A stretch of DNA of 64,000 bases from an uncultured Pseudomonadota bacterium (lineage in GTDB: Bacteria; Oederibacteriota; Muellerivitia; Muellerivitales; Muellerivitaceae), in the NCBI GenBank assembly GCA_963843375.1, contig CAWJKT010000008.1:96001-160000 (forward strand), given 5' to 3'. The notes below the pieces were generated by a model, which saw only the letters and a program-made list of their open reading frames with translations, had not been told where the DNA came from and searched no databases. Below are positions 41,946-53,467 of the stretch, in pieces (the first letter of the stretch is position 1; each line of letters begins with the position of its first letter). The position numbers and the translations under genes are program-made.

Positions 41946-44900
41946 TTAAAATCCGATCCGCACTCCCCCGCCCGCTTGGTTGGAAGCAAGGTTCGTGCGG
42001 CCGAACTCGCCTCGGTAATTTAAATCGGCGCTTAATTCCTTGGAGAAGGCCACTTCTAAACCAACTCCCGTCAGGATTCCATTCTGCCCTATGGGTGGGC
42101 CGGCCACAGTGAAGGAATCCCCGGCTCCGAAACCCGCCTCCACGATCCCCCCTTGATCATCATATTCATGCTCCCAAGACAGTGTGAGTTCCGGGGAGAC
42201 CACGGTGTCGCCCAGTTTCCAATGCCCGTCCGCTTGGAGTCCCAGATGGCTCATGAAGGAATCCTGCGACTGGGTGGGATAAGTCAGAGGTGACACTGAG
42301 CCCATTTCCGAAAATCCATTAAGTCCCACCCGGGTATATTGCAGCGAGGCCACCGGCCCCAGCGTCATCGATTCTCACTTTCCAGCCGTATCCCAGTTCC
42401 ATCGCCCCGCTCCATTCCGATCCCTGGGTTTGGCCCGAGGCAACTCCCTACATAGGATTGCCGCAGGGTGTTGTATTGGTTGATTCCTCCCTCTACCAGG
42501 CCGTCCGCGTAAAAACCGTGTGAAGTGAAGAGGCCATAAAGCCCGAAGTCGCCGCCGCCTGCGCTTAGGGTTCCTCCTCCATCCAGGGTGATATTGGATT
42601 GGCCAAACCCGGCCATCAGTCCCAGCGCGAAATCCGGCGAAAGCCGCACATCGGCCCCCGCCCCGGTGAGCCCGTAAGTGGTCACTTGGTAGCCCGCCGC
42701 GTTGGCGTTTCCAGCCACGTTGAGAATCCCCCCGTTGCCGGATACAAAACCGCTCCAGTCCCCCTCCCCTGCGTGGCCATTGAGGCTTCCTCCACCGGCT
42801 CAGGTTGCCCGCAAAAAGAGGCGTATCGGAGTTGGAAAAACCGGGCAAGGAAAACCGGGGCGGCTGGGAGTCCCTCAATTCGGAAAGTCTCTGATCCACC
42901 AGGGCGGCGCGTGAAGCGGCTCCGTCGAATCCCGCCTGGAATAGCGCCGAAAGGCCTGCGGGTGAGACCTCGTTTTCCGCCGCCTGAAGGGAACTAGCCG
43001 ACAGGGCCCCAATTGGGACATCATTCCCATCAGTTGGGGATTAAAAACGTTGGTATCCAAATCCGCCCCGATGGCTTTCTGATTGGAGGTGAAACTGGCG
43101 GCCACAAATGAGGGAATGATGGATTCCAATTCCACACCGTTGTTGTAATAAAGCGGAAGGAGCCTTATGTCTCCCAGGCTTTCTTCCACCTGTTGAAAGG
43201 TTCCTGTCAGGGTTCCCGAAGAAGAAAGCGCCACAAGGGAACTTCCCAGGGCGGGCGCACTCAACCCACCGTAGGAATAAAGATTCAGGGTGCCGCCCAA
43301 GGTGACGTTTCCAATCACGCTCACCGTGTCGTAATAGGCGGCCTGTGAACCTCCCAATCCGAGTTTCAAGGTCCCCTGTGAAGTCTGGCTGTAATTGCCC
43401 CCGATCACCAGTCCGACGGGATAACCTGCGCTCTCAAGCGTGCCGTCGTTCACCGAAACGGAACCCAAACCCAGGGCTTGGGAGTTGCCAAAGGCCAGCG
43501 CGCCTGAATCCAATACGGTGCCGCCGCTATAGGTATTGGCTCCGGTGAGGGTCAGCGTCCCCGTTCCAATCTTCGTCAAGGAAGCACCTGTTAAGTTCAA
43601 TGCCCCTCCATCCGCGATCGTTCCTGAAAAGGAAGTACTCAGATTATTGAAACCCTCCGTCAGGTTGTTCCCTCCCAAGCTAACGCTACCTGATCCCTCA
43701 AGGGATCCTATCGTTACAGGCGTACCCGCCGATTCCTGGCTGATATCCATAAAACCCGTTCCATTCAAGATAAATCGAGCCGTGCCGCCGGAAGCGGATT
43801 CGAAAAAAACCACGCTTCCGCCGCTATTTGTGGTGATCGTTGCGCTTCCAGCCGTTGAAGTGCTCATAAAAGCCAAACTCTGGCTATTCGTGATCCATGC
43901 GGTCGCAGCGGTGGAAGAATTGTTGAAAATCATTGTTCCATTATTGGTGATGGTGTTGCTGCCTGCGGTGGCGTTATCGATATAATTTAAAGTCGCCATA
44001 TTCATGACGGATCCGGTGCCCAGGGAACCGTCCGTATCCACCTCAAGGATTCCACCGTCATTGTTGGTGCCCCCCGTGTAGTTGTTGGAACCAGAGAGGA
44101 TGAGAGTGCCCGATCCCGTTTTTTGCAAAGTCTCATCGCCGGAAATGTAGCCCGAGAAGTCCCCGGATGAAATTTGAAGCAAGGCCGCGTTCCCACTCAT
44201 ACTGACGGCTCCGAAACCCTCTAAGGTTCCAATAGTGGCAAAGGCTAGGCCTTGTGCCCCAGTAATCCCACTGGCCGTTCCTGATCCCCCACTCCCTCCC
44301 TCGCCACCCTCAATCGCTAACTCAACCACAGAACCAGAAGACGTTCCCGTGAAACTGACAGACCCCGCGGTAAAAGTAACACTTCCTCCGTTGCCTCCTG
44401 CACCCCCATTCCCTCCAGACAAGGCATCACCCCCACTTCCACCATTGCCGGCGTTAAGATTCAAATCCGATCCCGAATTCAAAATCAAGGTTCCCGTCAT
44501 AACGGAAAGATTTCCGCCCATTCCACCAGTGCCCCCTGTTGACCCCGTCGTAGAATTACCACCCGCCCCCCCGTTGCCACTGGAGAATTGGGTCGGACTG
44601 CTGATGGAGTAGGTACCAATACTTAGTAAAGTATCTCCCCCCTGTCCGCCCGAACCGGGAGCGCTTCCAGTTCCACCATTGCCCCCATTTCCACTTATCA
44701 AATCAAAACGAGAACCCGAGGCCAAGGTTAAGGAAGTAATGGAAACCCCGGCGTCGCCCCCATTTCCACCGTTAGCCGGCCCCCCCAGGGAACCTGAATT
44801 GTTGCCCCCTACACCGTTAACCCCTGTTATGTCGAAGGTGGAATCAGTAAAAGTCAGGCTTCCTCCAGCCACAAAGGCATCTCCTCCGTTACCCCCGGAC

Positions 44901-45928
44901 AAACCGGATGATCCCCCCAAGCCGCCGATCACATTGAGAGACCCCGACGACATGGACAGGGTTCCAAAGGAAACCCATGCGTTTCCTCCGGCACCACCAA
45001 ACGAAACTCCCTCTCCGCCGTTACCGCCTTGGACTTGGAAATTCGATGAAATGAAAACGGACCCACCGACAATGGTAGTTCCACCTCCCATTCCCCCGGT
45101 AACTCCCGCCCCACCCTGGCCGCCAGATGCCTCAAAATTTCCATATGGACCGCAGGTGATATAACCGAATGAAACAGAAGCTGAACCGCCTGCCCCGCCC
45201 GTATTCGTTCCGTTACCTAAGTCAGTCACACTTCCACCCATCCCACCGACAAGACTCATGTTATATGGGGTTTGGAGAGAAATTCCGCTTATGTTGACTG
45301 TTCCTCCCACACCACCCACATCCCCTTCACCATTGGTATCGGTGACGCTACCGCCTTCTCCGCCATTCAATTGGACGAATTGGCCCGTTGTCCAAAATCC
45401 CGCCGTTACAAAAGCGCCCCCTCCATTTTGTCCGATGACTCCAACTCCGCCCGTGGTGACCGCGCTTCCGGCGGTTCCACCATCGATGTAAGTGTCAATA
45501 TTTGAAGCCATGGTCCAGGCGGAAGCCGTCACGGAAGCATCTAGTCCTGCGCTAAAACCGCCGTTATTTTGAAGCGTCAAATTATTTTGTTGGGTGAAAC
45601 TATTTTGAAATAAAAGTTGGGAGCTAGGGTCATCTTGTCCAGTCAGGTTGAGGTCCGCACCCTGAAAAACAACACTTGAAGAAATCACAGACAAGGGTTG
45701 GGAAAGAGTAACGGGGCCAACTGCGGGATCAAATGTTATGGTGCCGCCTCCCGACGCGTTTATCGTGGTGACTGCCCATCCCAGTGAATTCACGCTTTCA
45801 TCACCCGCGCCGCTGGTGACATCGGCTATGGTCTGGGCAAAAAGGGCCACGGGGGCGGGAAAACAGATTGAAAGCAATATGATGAAAACAATAAAAGTTG
45901 GGCCGGATTTCAAAAAAATTTTTATCAC
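41946..45928 (-). CDS. autotransporter with Gly-rich passenger, frameshifted in the barrel
   Basis: LTKIGTGTLTLTGANTYSGGT repeats; barrel ...SWEHEY...GGGVRIGF. Confidence 0.85.
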
Positions 45929-46013
45929 TAAAAGGCCCTTGGGACAGAAATATTTAAAGGCAATATTATTTTACCCCCTCTTTTCTCATTTAGAAAATTC
46001 GAGGGAGCCTATT

Positions 46014-47177
46014 TCAGTTAATTCTTGAAGGTTTTACCAGAGTCTTTTCATAAGTCCGCTCAATTTCTCTCAACATTTCCTGGATTAGAAATGTGCCTTT
46101 TAAGGCTTTTCGTCCTGCCTGACCCATTTTTCGGGCCCGTTGGGGATGGGAAAGGCCTTTATAGAGGTTTTCCGCCATTCCTTGAATATCGTGAGGTTGA
46201 TTCAAGTAGCCCGTTATTCCCTCCTTGACCGCCTCGGGAGTGCCGGAAACGGCTGTGGCAACAACCGGTTTTCCGGCGGCCATGGCCTGCAAAACCACAC
46301 GGGGCAAACCTTCAAAGATGGAAGTCAACAAAAGAATATCACTGGCCGCCAAAAGTTTAGCCACGTCATCCCGCCAACCCAATAACTCAAAGTTCGGTTT
46401 CAACCCTTTTTTCCTTATTAGTAATTCGGCTTTGGGAAGGAGCGGCCCATCTCCCGCCCACAAGAAAAGAACTTCCGGAAGCTTCAAAATCAACCGGGCG
46501 GCCACCTCCACCACATCCAAGGGGGATTTCTGCTTTTTGAAATTGGAAAGAACTAGTACGGTTGGCCGGCCTTCAGTTTTTAAAAGTTTCCGCTCTTTTC
46601 CTGACGCAGAGAGTGTCAGGAAATATTCTTTGGGATCGATGCCGCTATGAATCACTCGGTACCGGCCTTCAACACCAATGTCCGCCGCTAATCCGGCTTG
46701 AAGGTTTTCCTTGCTGACGGTAATTATCACATCCGTAAACCGTGCGGCCCACCGTTCCAGGGCCTGGTAAAACCAGCGAAGAAGGAAAAACTGTCCGGGA
46801 TAGAATCCCCACCCATGTACGGTGTGGATAACATGGGGAACCCCCGCTTTCTTGGCGGCCCAACGGCCCAAGATGCCCGCCTTAGAACTATGGGTATGGA
46901 CCAAATCGACCTTTTCTGACCAAAGAATCCCCGTAATCCGGTGAAGCGCCTTTATGTCCCAGAGGAGGCGAATGGGATGTTTCAATTCGGGAAGAAAATA
47001 GGTTTTACAGCCTTTGATTTTCCTGGCTTCGTCATCCAGGTAACCGCCAAGTCCCGTAATGAGAATCACTTCATATTTTTGACGGTCATGATGGGCACAA
47101 CAATAAAGGGTGTTTTGCTGAGCGCCGCCCAATTCCAGGCGGGTAATGATGTGGGCGACTTTGATAAGCTTAGCCAT
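46014..47177 (-). CDS. GT4 glycosyltransferase
   Basis: GGAQ, HTHSSKAG, EGLPRVVLQAMAAGKPVV. Confidence 0.92.
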   Translation of the reverse strand: MAKLIKVAHIITRLELGGAQQNTLYCCAHHDRQKYEVILITGLGGYLDDEARKIKGCKTYFLPELKHPIRLLWDIKALHRITGILWSEKVDLVHTHSSKAGILGRWAAKKAGVPHVIHTVHGWGFYPGQFFLLRWFYQALERWAARFTDVIITVSKENLQAGLAADIGVEGRYRVIHSGIDPKEYFLTLSASGKERKLLKTEGRPTVLVLSNFKKQKSPLDVVEVAARLILKLPEVLFLWAGDGPLLPKAELLIRKKGLKPNFELLGWRDDVAKLLAASDILLLTSIFEGLPRVVLQAMAAGKPVVATAVSGTPEAVKEGITGYLNQPHDIQGMAENLYKGLSHPQRARKMGQAGRKALKGTFLIQEMLREIERTYEKTLVKPSRIN

Positions 47178-48336
47178 TGGAATCAGGTATTGGGGATTCC
47201 GATGCGTTGTCTTGAGTTTCCCCCACCAAAGTTTTCTTGTCGGATTTTCCCGCCTTTGCTTTGCGGGTCGCTTTTTTCGCGGCCTTTTCATCGGCCTTGA
47301 CTTCGGCTATGGCAGCCTCATCCACGCCTGTAATCGGCTGAACTTGGGCTTTAATGGCTTGCTCATCATCCTCAGCCTGGACAAATTTTTTCATCCACTC
47401 CCATTGCCGAGCCAATCCCTCGCGCAAAGAAGTCTTGGGTTTTATCCCGAAGATCTTTTCGAGTTTGGTGGTGTCCGCCCGAGTGGAAAACACATCCCCT
47501 TTCTGGCGTTCAAGAAAAGTCTTAGCGCAGGTTTTTCCGCTGATTTCCTCCAGAAACGCCACCGCTTCCATCAAAGACGCCGGAGATCCGCCACCCACAT
47601 TAACGATTTGTCCAACCGCCGCCTGGGAAGTTACCGCCGCGGTAATGATCTCGGCTACGTCGTCCACATAAGTAAAATCCCGAATCTGTTTACCGTCGCC
47701 ATAAATAGTTAGGGCGGCATCATGCAGAATACTATGGCAGAACCGGTTGAAAGCCATATCGGGCCTCTGGCCCGGGCCGTACACCGAAAAGAAACGCAAG
47801 GATACAGTGGGCATCTTGTATTCCTGATGATAAAGTTGGCACAAGTTTTCCGCCGCAAGTTTGGTGACTCCATAGGGACTTCGGGGCTTGCACATCATCT
47901 CTTCATTCAATACCGCGATCTCCTCCCCTGATTGGGGTGAAATGTCACCATATACCGAGGACGAGGAAGCGTAAACAAAGCGCTTCAACTTGTTTGACTT
48001 GGATTCCTCCAAAAGCTTCTGGGTGACCTGGATATTATTGGTAATGTAACGGTGAAAGGAGGAACCCCAGGAACCCCTCACCCCCGGTTGGGCCGCCAAA
48101 TGAACGACCACTTCGGCACCTTTGAGGACCTTGATCAAGGCCATCGTGGACAGGTTGTCTTCCACCAATTTGAACTTAGGGTGCAAAAGGACAGGCATCA
48201 GGTTTTTTTCTTTTTGATTCCGGGAATAATAGACGTCAAAGCTATCCACGCCCATAACTTCATGACCCTCTTTCAAGAGTCTTTCCACCACGTGCGAACC
48301 AATGAACCCGGCGGCGCCAGTAACAAGAACTTTCAT
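47170..48336 (-). CDS. NAD-dependent nucleotide-sugar epimerase
   Basis: TGAAGFIG, SSSSVYG, YGVTK, GQRPDMA. Confidence 0.92.
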   Translation of the reverse strand: MKVLVTGAAGFIGSHVVERLLKEGHEVMGVDSFDVYYSRNQKEKNLMPVLLHPKFKLVEDNLSTMALIKVLKGAEVVVHLAAQPGVRGSWGSSFHRYITNNIQVTQKLLEESKSNKLKRFVYASSSSVYGDISPQSGEEIAVLNEEMMCKPRSPYGVTKLAAENLCQLYHQEYKMPTVSLRFFSVYGPGQRPDMAFNRFCHSILHDAALTIYGDGKQIRDFTYVDDVAEIITAAVTSQAAVGQIVNVGGGSPASLMEAVAFLEEISGKTCAKTFLERQKGDVFSTRADTTKLEKIFGIKPKTSLREGLARQWEWMKKFVQAEDDEQAIKAQVQPITGVDEAAIAEVKADEKAAKKATRKAKAGKSDKKTLVGETQDNASESPIPDSNG

Positions 48337-48384
48337 TAAAAAAATTCTCCTTCTTTTTTCGAGATTATTTTAACCACGAATGAT

Positions 48385-49581
48385 TCAATATGAAACTTCG
48401 GTCAAAACCAGCGTTCTTAAGTATTCCGTTTCCGGTATCGATATATTAATTGGATGATCCTGAGGCTGGGTCAGACGTTCCAGAAGACGGAAGGATCTTC
48501 CCGACTCTTCCACCGCATCCCGTGTCACTCCTTCCAAAAGTGTCCAAGAAAAATGATGGGAACAAGTACCGACGACTATGAATCCACCCGGGTTCAACAT
48601 ATCCAAAGAATGGCCTAAAAGGCTTTTTAAAGCGGTTCGAGCAGTTGGTAAATCGTGGACGCTTTTAGCCATAGGCGGCGGATCTAAAATAATACCGTCG
48701 AACATATGCCCGCCCTTTTTGAACTCCTTGAAAGCTCGGAAACTATCACCCTTCTCAAAGCGGATTTTATTTTCCACGCCATTCCGTTTGGCGTTTTCAG
48801 CCGCCTCATCCAGCGCTCCTTGGGATGAATCCATCGCCAATACATCCTTGGCGCCGCCTAAGACAGCTTGAATTGAAACCGCACCCGTATAACTGAAGGC
48901 GTCCAGAATGGTTTTGCCTTCGCTTAGTTCTTGTATCCGGCGACGCGCATCGCGAAAATCTAGATAGAATCCAGTCTTTTGGCCTTGGTCGGGTCTGGCC
49001 TGAAATTGAGCCCGGCCTTCGGTAAAAGGCATCGGCAGTGTTCCTGGTTGGGTCAACCAACCTTGGAATTCCGGCATCCCTTCTTTCTGGCAAATTTCTC
49101 CAACGCTCTTTTCATACACAAAACGGTAGCCGTTTTCTTCGAGGGTCTTGGCGATAACAGGCATAAAGGGTTTAAGTCCTCCGCTGAAACAGGACAACAC
49201 CGCTTGATTGCCCCCGAAAGCGTCCGCAATAATTCCCGGAAGACCGTCGCCCTCGCCAAATAGCAAACGCAAACCATTTGTCTGGTATTTTTCCTGAAAA
49301 CCCTTGCGGACCGCTAGGGCTTTTTGGACCCGACCAGCGATAAAGGCTTCGTCCAGTTCCTGGTCAAAACTTCGCGTTAAGAGCCGGATGAGGATTTTGG
49401 AGGTGGGACTGGCCACGCCACGCCCAACCGGCTGGCTTTTGGAGGTCACCACCTCCACTAGGGTGCCCGGCACAAGAGATTTGGGAGCCTTATCCACCTC
49501 ATTGGCGAAAACCCAAGGATGCCCAGCCAAAAGACGATCTTCTTCTTTTGGTTTAAGTTTCACTCTGATATAGGAAAGCAA
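48385..49581 (-). CDS. rlmI: RlmI-family rRNA methyltransferase
   Basis: GHPWVF PUA domain, GQKTGFYLD, ILDPPP. Confidence 0.85.
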   Translation of the reverse strand: MLSYIRVKLKPKEEDRLLAGHPWVFANEVDKAPKSLVPGTLVEVVTSKSQPVGRGVASPTSKILIRLLTRSFDQELDEAFIAGRVQKALAVRKGFQEKYQTNGLRLLFGEGDGLPGIIADAFGGNQAVLSCFSGGLKPFMPVIAKTLEENGYRFVYEKSVGEICQKEGMPEFQGWLTQPGTLPMPFTEGRAQFQARPDQGQKTGFYLDFRDARRRIQELSEGKTILDAFSYTGAVSIQAVLGGAKDVLAMDSSQGALDEAAENAKRNGVENKIRFEKGDSFRAFKEFKKGGHMFDGIILDPPPMAKSVHDLPTARTALKSLLGHSLDMLNPGGFIVVGTCSHHFSWTLLEGVTRDAVEESGRSFRLLERLTQPQDHPINISIPETEYLRTLVLTEVSY

Positions 49582-49677
49582 TGACGACCCCTTTAATCCG
49601 CCGATTTACACCGATTTTCGCCGGTAAAAACAATTCCGTGAACATAGGCGTTAATTTGCGGTTGATTTTTTTGGAAA

Positions 49678-50247
49678 TCAGAAATTAAAAGAAACGGCCA
49701 ACGACGAAGGAGGAAAAGCCTGCGCGATTTGAAGTTTAATCGGATCCTGTAACCACGCCTCACGTTGTTTCAAGAAATCGCTTTGTGCCGTCGGGCTTAC
49801 CTCGAAATCATGCGGCATGATAAGTGCTCCCGCGGCAATGCCCACACCCAGCCCAACTGCTCCTCCGATGAACATATTGGAAGCCGATACGCCGTTGGAC
49901 CCACTAAACTCATAAGTCAAGAAAAGCCCCAACCCTAACCCAGTGATACCCGAAGCAATAAGCAGTTGGGCTTTCGCCCCGCTATTCACTCCAGGGCCCT
50001 TGTCATGGTTGTCCTTATCTTGATAATCCCTTCTTTTGGAATCCTTAGCAAGATCATCTGCCCAATCGAAAAGACCAAAATGACTTGGACGGCTCTTAAC
50101 TTCATCGGGATTGTTTCCGTCATCGCTGTCATCTTCCCAATAGAGGGCATGAGCTTTGGGTATAAAGAGGGGACAGGTAAAACCGACCAATTGTAAGGCT
50201 AGCCCGAAAAGGAAAGCCTTTTTGATTAAAGAACGTTTTAAGGGCAT
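49678..50247 (-). CDS. hypothetical membrane/secreted protein
   Basis: Signal peptide ending AHA, two Gly-rich TM helices. Confidence 0.6.
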   Translation of the reverse strand: MPLKRSLIKKAFLFGLALQLVGFTCPLFIPKAHALYWEDDSDDGNNPDEVKSRPSHFGLFDWADDLAKDSKRRDYQDKDNHDKGPGVNSGAKAQLLIASGITGLGLGLFLTYEFSGSNGVSASNMFIGGAVGLGVGIAAGALIMPHDFEVSPTAQSDFLKQREAWLQDPIKLQIAQAFPPSSLAVSFNF

Positions 50248-50429
50248 GGGGCAAATTATACCTTTAAATGAGAAGAAGGAAAAAGAAAAAACAGCCTTAG
50301 CAGGGTCCCCATTATTATGCGAGTTTATCTCTTTCAACAAACCCCATCACATTTCTTCCAAAAACCAAGAAGTTTCCCACTGAAAGCCAACCAATGCGAA
50401 ACCTCTTAAGCTTGTCTCCCTAATTAAAA

Positions 50430-51407
50430 TTAAAATTGGTCAATCGAGTTGTTATTATAATTGGCTACCCAAATACTTCCGCCCGAAAAGAGAACGGCAT
50501 CCGGTCCAAAATCAGTTCCATAGGACCACGCGGTCAACAAGGGACCGCCATTGAGGCCATATTCTTCCATCAGGCTGTTTCCGAAATACTTTTGGTCTGG
50601 GCCCGTTTCCCCATAATCGGCCACGTAGATATTTCCGGACCCATCCACCGCCAAGCCGTTGATATAGCAGTTGTTGACCATGCCCCACTGATAAACGCCG
50701 GTTTGCGTTGGGCCAGTCGAATTGTTTCCGGAAAATTCATCGACAACCCCATTTCCTAGTTCCCCGACATAAAGGTTCCCCGTGCTGTCAAAGGTCAAAG
50801 CGGAAGGCTCGTTGAACCCGGTTCCGTTATACTTGGTCCAGATCGCGATTGGGCTGCCAGTAGGCCCGAACTCCTCTACTTGATTATTATTGGTGTCAGC
50901 AACATAAACATTACCAAGCGCATCTAACGTGAGGGTAAAGGGGTTATTAAAGTATGTGCCTCCATAAGAGTTCCACGAAGTGATGGTAACCCCCGCGCTG
51001 GTAAAAGCATAAACAGCCGCTGTGCCGACCGTTTCATTACCATTATCCAAAACATAGATGGTCGATCCCGCGCTGTTACTGGCGACCCCAATAGGCCATA
51101 TAAGTGTGACCGAACCATAACCCGTCCATCCCACGGTGGAACCGGCCGAGAAGACCTCCACTTCCTCACCGTCATCATCAGCTTCAGCCACGTAGGTAAT
51201 CCCCCCGGCAATTGCTAGGCCGTTCGGCCCAAAAGCGGTATCAAAACCCCCGACGTAAGCCGGAGGAGTTAAGGCGAAGGTTGGTGTCGGAGCCGCAGGA
51301 ATGCCGCCTCGCGGATTGCCAGAAGGATTGGAAGGACCGGAATTATTACAAGCCCAGGATAAAAAAACACCTAAAGCCAAAATCATTGGAAAAAGAATTT
51401 TTTTCAT
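50430..51407 (-). CDS. NHL-repeat lipoprotein
   Basis: Lipobox LSWAC; repeats such as LDALGNVYVADTNNNQV. Confidence 0.8.
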   Translation of the reverse strand: MKKILFPMILALGVFLSWACNNSGPSNPSGNPRGGIPAAPTPTFALTPPAYVGGFDTAFGPNGLAIAGGITYVAEADDDGEEVEVFSAGSTVGWTGYGSVTLIWPIGVASNSAGSTIYVLDNGNETVGTAAVYAFTSAGVTITSWNSYGGTYFNNPFTLTLDALGNVYVADTNNNQVEEFGPTGSPIAIWTKYNGTGFNEPSALTFDSTGNLYVGELGNGVVDEFSGNNSTGPTQTGVYQWGMVNNCYINGLAVDGSGNIYVADYGETGPDQKYFGNSLMEEYGLNGGPLLTAWSYGTDFGPDAVLFSGGSIWVANYNNNSIDQF

Positions 51408-51580
51408 TTCGAGCACCCCCAAAAAAGTAGCGAACAAAATGGATGAACTTTAGACGAAACCCAGAGGGTAAATGTTACGGTCAAAGGAAAAATGGCGAAA
51501 TTAGCCTGTCAAAGAAGGTTTTATGGCATGCAAGGTTTTCAACCGCTCAGTTCCTCGGACGATCCAAATAAAACTAATTT

Positions 51581-52357
51581 TTATTCACCCTTGGGAAAAG
51601 TCCATTCGTAGGCCAAATAACCCGTGAATTGATAATCAGGTTGGATTAGGTCCCTTCCGGCCGAAAAAACGATGTGGTTTATTTCATCGAAATGGATGAA
51701 TCCTCCCACGTTGAAGCCAATGCTATTACTTTCCCCGGTTTCATTGGGGCTGTGATAAAAAACTTCACCGCCCAAAGTGAAAAAAGACGATAGGTCCCTT
51801 TGGATTTCCCATCCAATGAAAACCCAGTTTTGGTTGCCCGTCCCCGGATTAATCCAATAACCCCCGCCACCATAGGTCGTCCAGGGGCCCCAGCTTTTTT
51901 GGATCCACAAGGGAAGGAGTAACTGGAATTGTCCATACCCCAATCCCTTCGCGGCGTCACCCGTAGGGATATTCACTTGAGGAAAGACGGCGGCTTGGGG
52001 AATGCTCTCGGATTCATGCAGGAAACGGTATTTAAAACCCACTAAAGAATCGCCATAACCGTAATAACTAGTATTTTCCCCGGGAATGTTAAAAGCCATT
52101 TGTTCGGTTAAGCTCAATTGAATATCCGGAAGGGGCCCATAATTCAATTCCAGGAAAGGAGTGGTTCCTGAAAAATCTTTCTGGAATTGTAGGGCGGTGG
52201 TTCCCAGGTATATTTCCCAATGGTGATTTTCTACCGGTTCAGGATCATCCGTTTCAAAAGGAGGACCAGCCAGTGCGATCGAAACCGAGACAAAGAGTAT
52301 TGAGATGACCAAGACCAACATTCCGGCGATTTTCTTCCGGAAGCCTAAGTCATTCAT
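51581..52357 (-). CDS. putative outer-membrane transporter (MetA-pathway-like barrel)
   Basis: GPPFETDDP, YGDSLVGFKYRF, IPTGDAAKGLG. Confidence 0.65.
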   Translation of the reverse strand: MNDLGFRKKIAGMLVLVISILFVSVSIALAGPPFETDDPEPVENHHWEIYLGTTALQFQKDFSGTTPFLELNYGPLPDIQLSLTEQMAFNIPGENTSYYGYGDSLVGFKYRFLHESESIPQAAVFPQVNIPTGDAAKGLGYGQFQLLLPLWIQKSWGPWTTYGGGGYWINPGTGNQNWVFIGWEIQRDLSSFFTLGGEVFYHSPNETGESNSIGFNVGGFIHFDEINHIVFSAGRDLIQPDYQFTGYLAYEWTFPKGE

Positions 52358-52365
52358 ATGCAGGT

Positions 52366-53403
52366 TTATTTTCCGAAAACAAGAATTTCAAACGTTCCGG
52401 GCACGACTTTTTTGCGCGGTTTGGACTGGTCCCCAGTGGAGGTGGGAAGAGGCTCGAATTGGGCCGCAGGCAAAAAGACACGGCCGGTTTGGCTGTCCAC
52501 GGCCAAATTCCGAGAGCCGGGTTGGGTATTAACATTTTCCACAAGGCTATAATGGTCGGGAGAATCCTCGTGAAATAAAGTCATTGTGCCGTCGCCACAA
52601 GAGTTGAATATTGTTTTCGATTCCTGGTTAAAAGCCGTAGCGTCCACCCCTTTTCCGATTGGAAAGGATTGGATCACCTTGCCGGTTTGTGCGTCCATAA
52701 TGACCATCTTTTCATTACGGCATCCAATAAAAAGCCGGCCGTTATTCCGGTCTATCGCCAAACTCGAGGGAGATTCACCTGGAGATACCGGCCAACGTTT
52801 TAGAACTTTGGCATTTTTGGTGTCAATTTCGATCACTTCATTTTTGTCCTCTAAGTTGTCATACACATGACCTTTTCCATCGGTCACGGCGAATTCGGGC
52901 TTTCCTCCTAGATTCAAGGTTGCCAATACCTCCCCCGTGGCAGCATCAGCTACTGTGGCCGTTCCATCATTGCCGTTAAAAGCCAAAACTCGGTCGGAGG
53001 TCCGATCAAAAACAATGGCATCCGGGCCTTGCCCGGTCTTTATTTCCCCAATTTTTTCGAAAGTTTTCAAATCGAATACAAGAATGGAATTGGTAGCGCC
53101 ACTGGAAACAAATCCCCTTTCCAATTCATCGGCCCAAGCAACCCCATGGGCTTTCTGGGTTCCTTCAACGGTTCCGACTAATTTCAATGTATCCATGTCT
53201 AATACCTGAACCATCGTGTCATGGGTAATAAAAAGGCGTCTTTCATGGGTATCGGACCTGAGGTAGTCCCAGCCACCGTCGCCTTTGAGGTGGATTTTTT
53301 TCAGAATTTTATATCCGGAATCCTCAGCCCAGGCAAAAGTGGTTAAGCTGGTCAAAAGGAAAAAGATCCACAACTTTTCTGTAAATTTCATGCTGTCCCC
53401 CAT
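52366..53403 (-). CDS. YncE-family beta-propeller
   Basis: GGWDYL, GPDAIVFD, GKPEFAV. Confidence 0.8.
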   Translation of the reverse strand: MGDSMKFTEKLWIFFLLTSLTTFAWAEDSGYKILKKIHLKGDGGWDYLRSDTHERRLFITHDTMVQVLDMDTLKLVGTVEGTQKAHGVAWADELERGFVSSGATNSILVFDLKTFEKIGEIKTGQGPDAIVFDRTSDRVLAFNGNDGTATVADAATGEVLATLNLGGKPEFAVTDGKGHVYDNLEDKNEVIEIDTKNAKVLKRWPVSPGESPSSLAIDRNNGRLFIGCRNEKMVIMDAQTGKVIQSFPIGKGVDATAFNQESKTIFNSCGDGTMTLFHEDSPDHYSLVENVNTQPGSRNLAVDSQTGRVFLPAAQFEPLPTSTGDQSKPRKKVVPGTFEILVFGK

Positions 53404-53467
53404 GATTAGCTTAATGGATTAATTCTATGAATTTTAGACGTTTTTTGAACCCAAAGAGTAACGTAAT

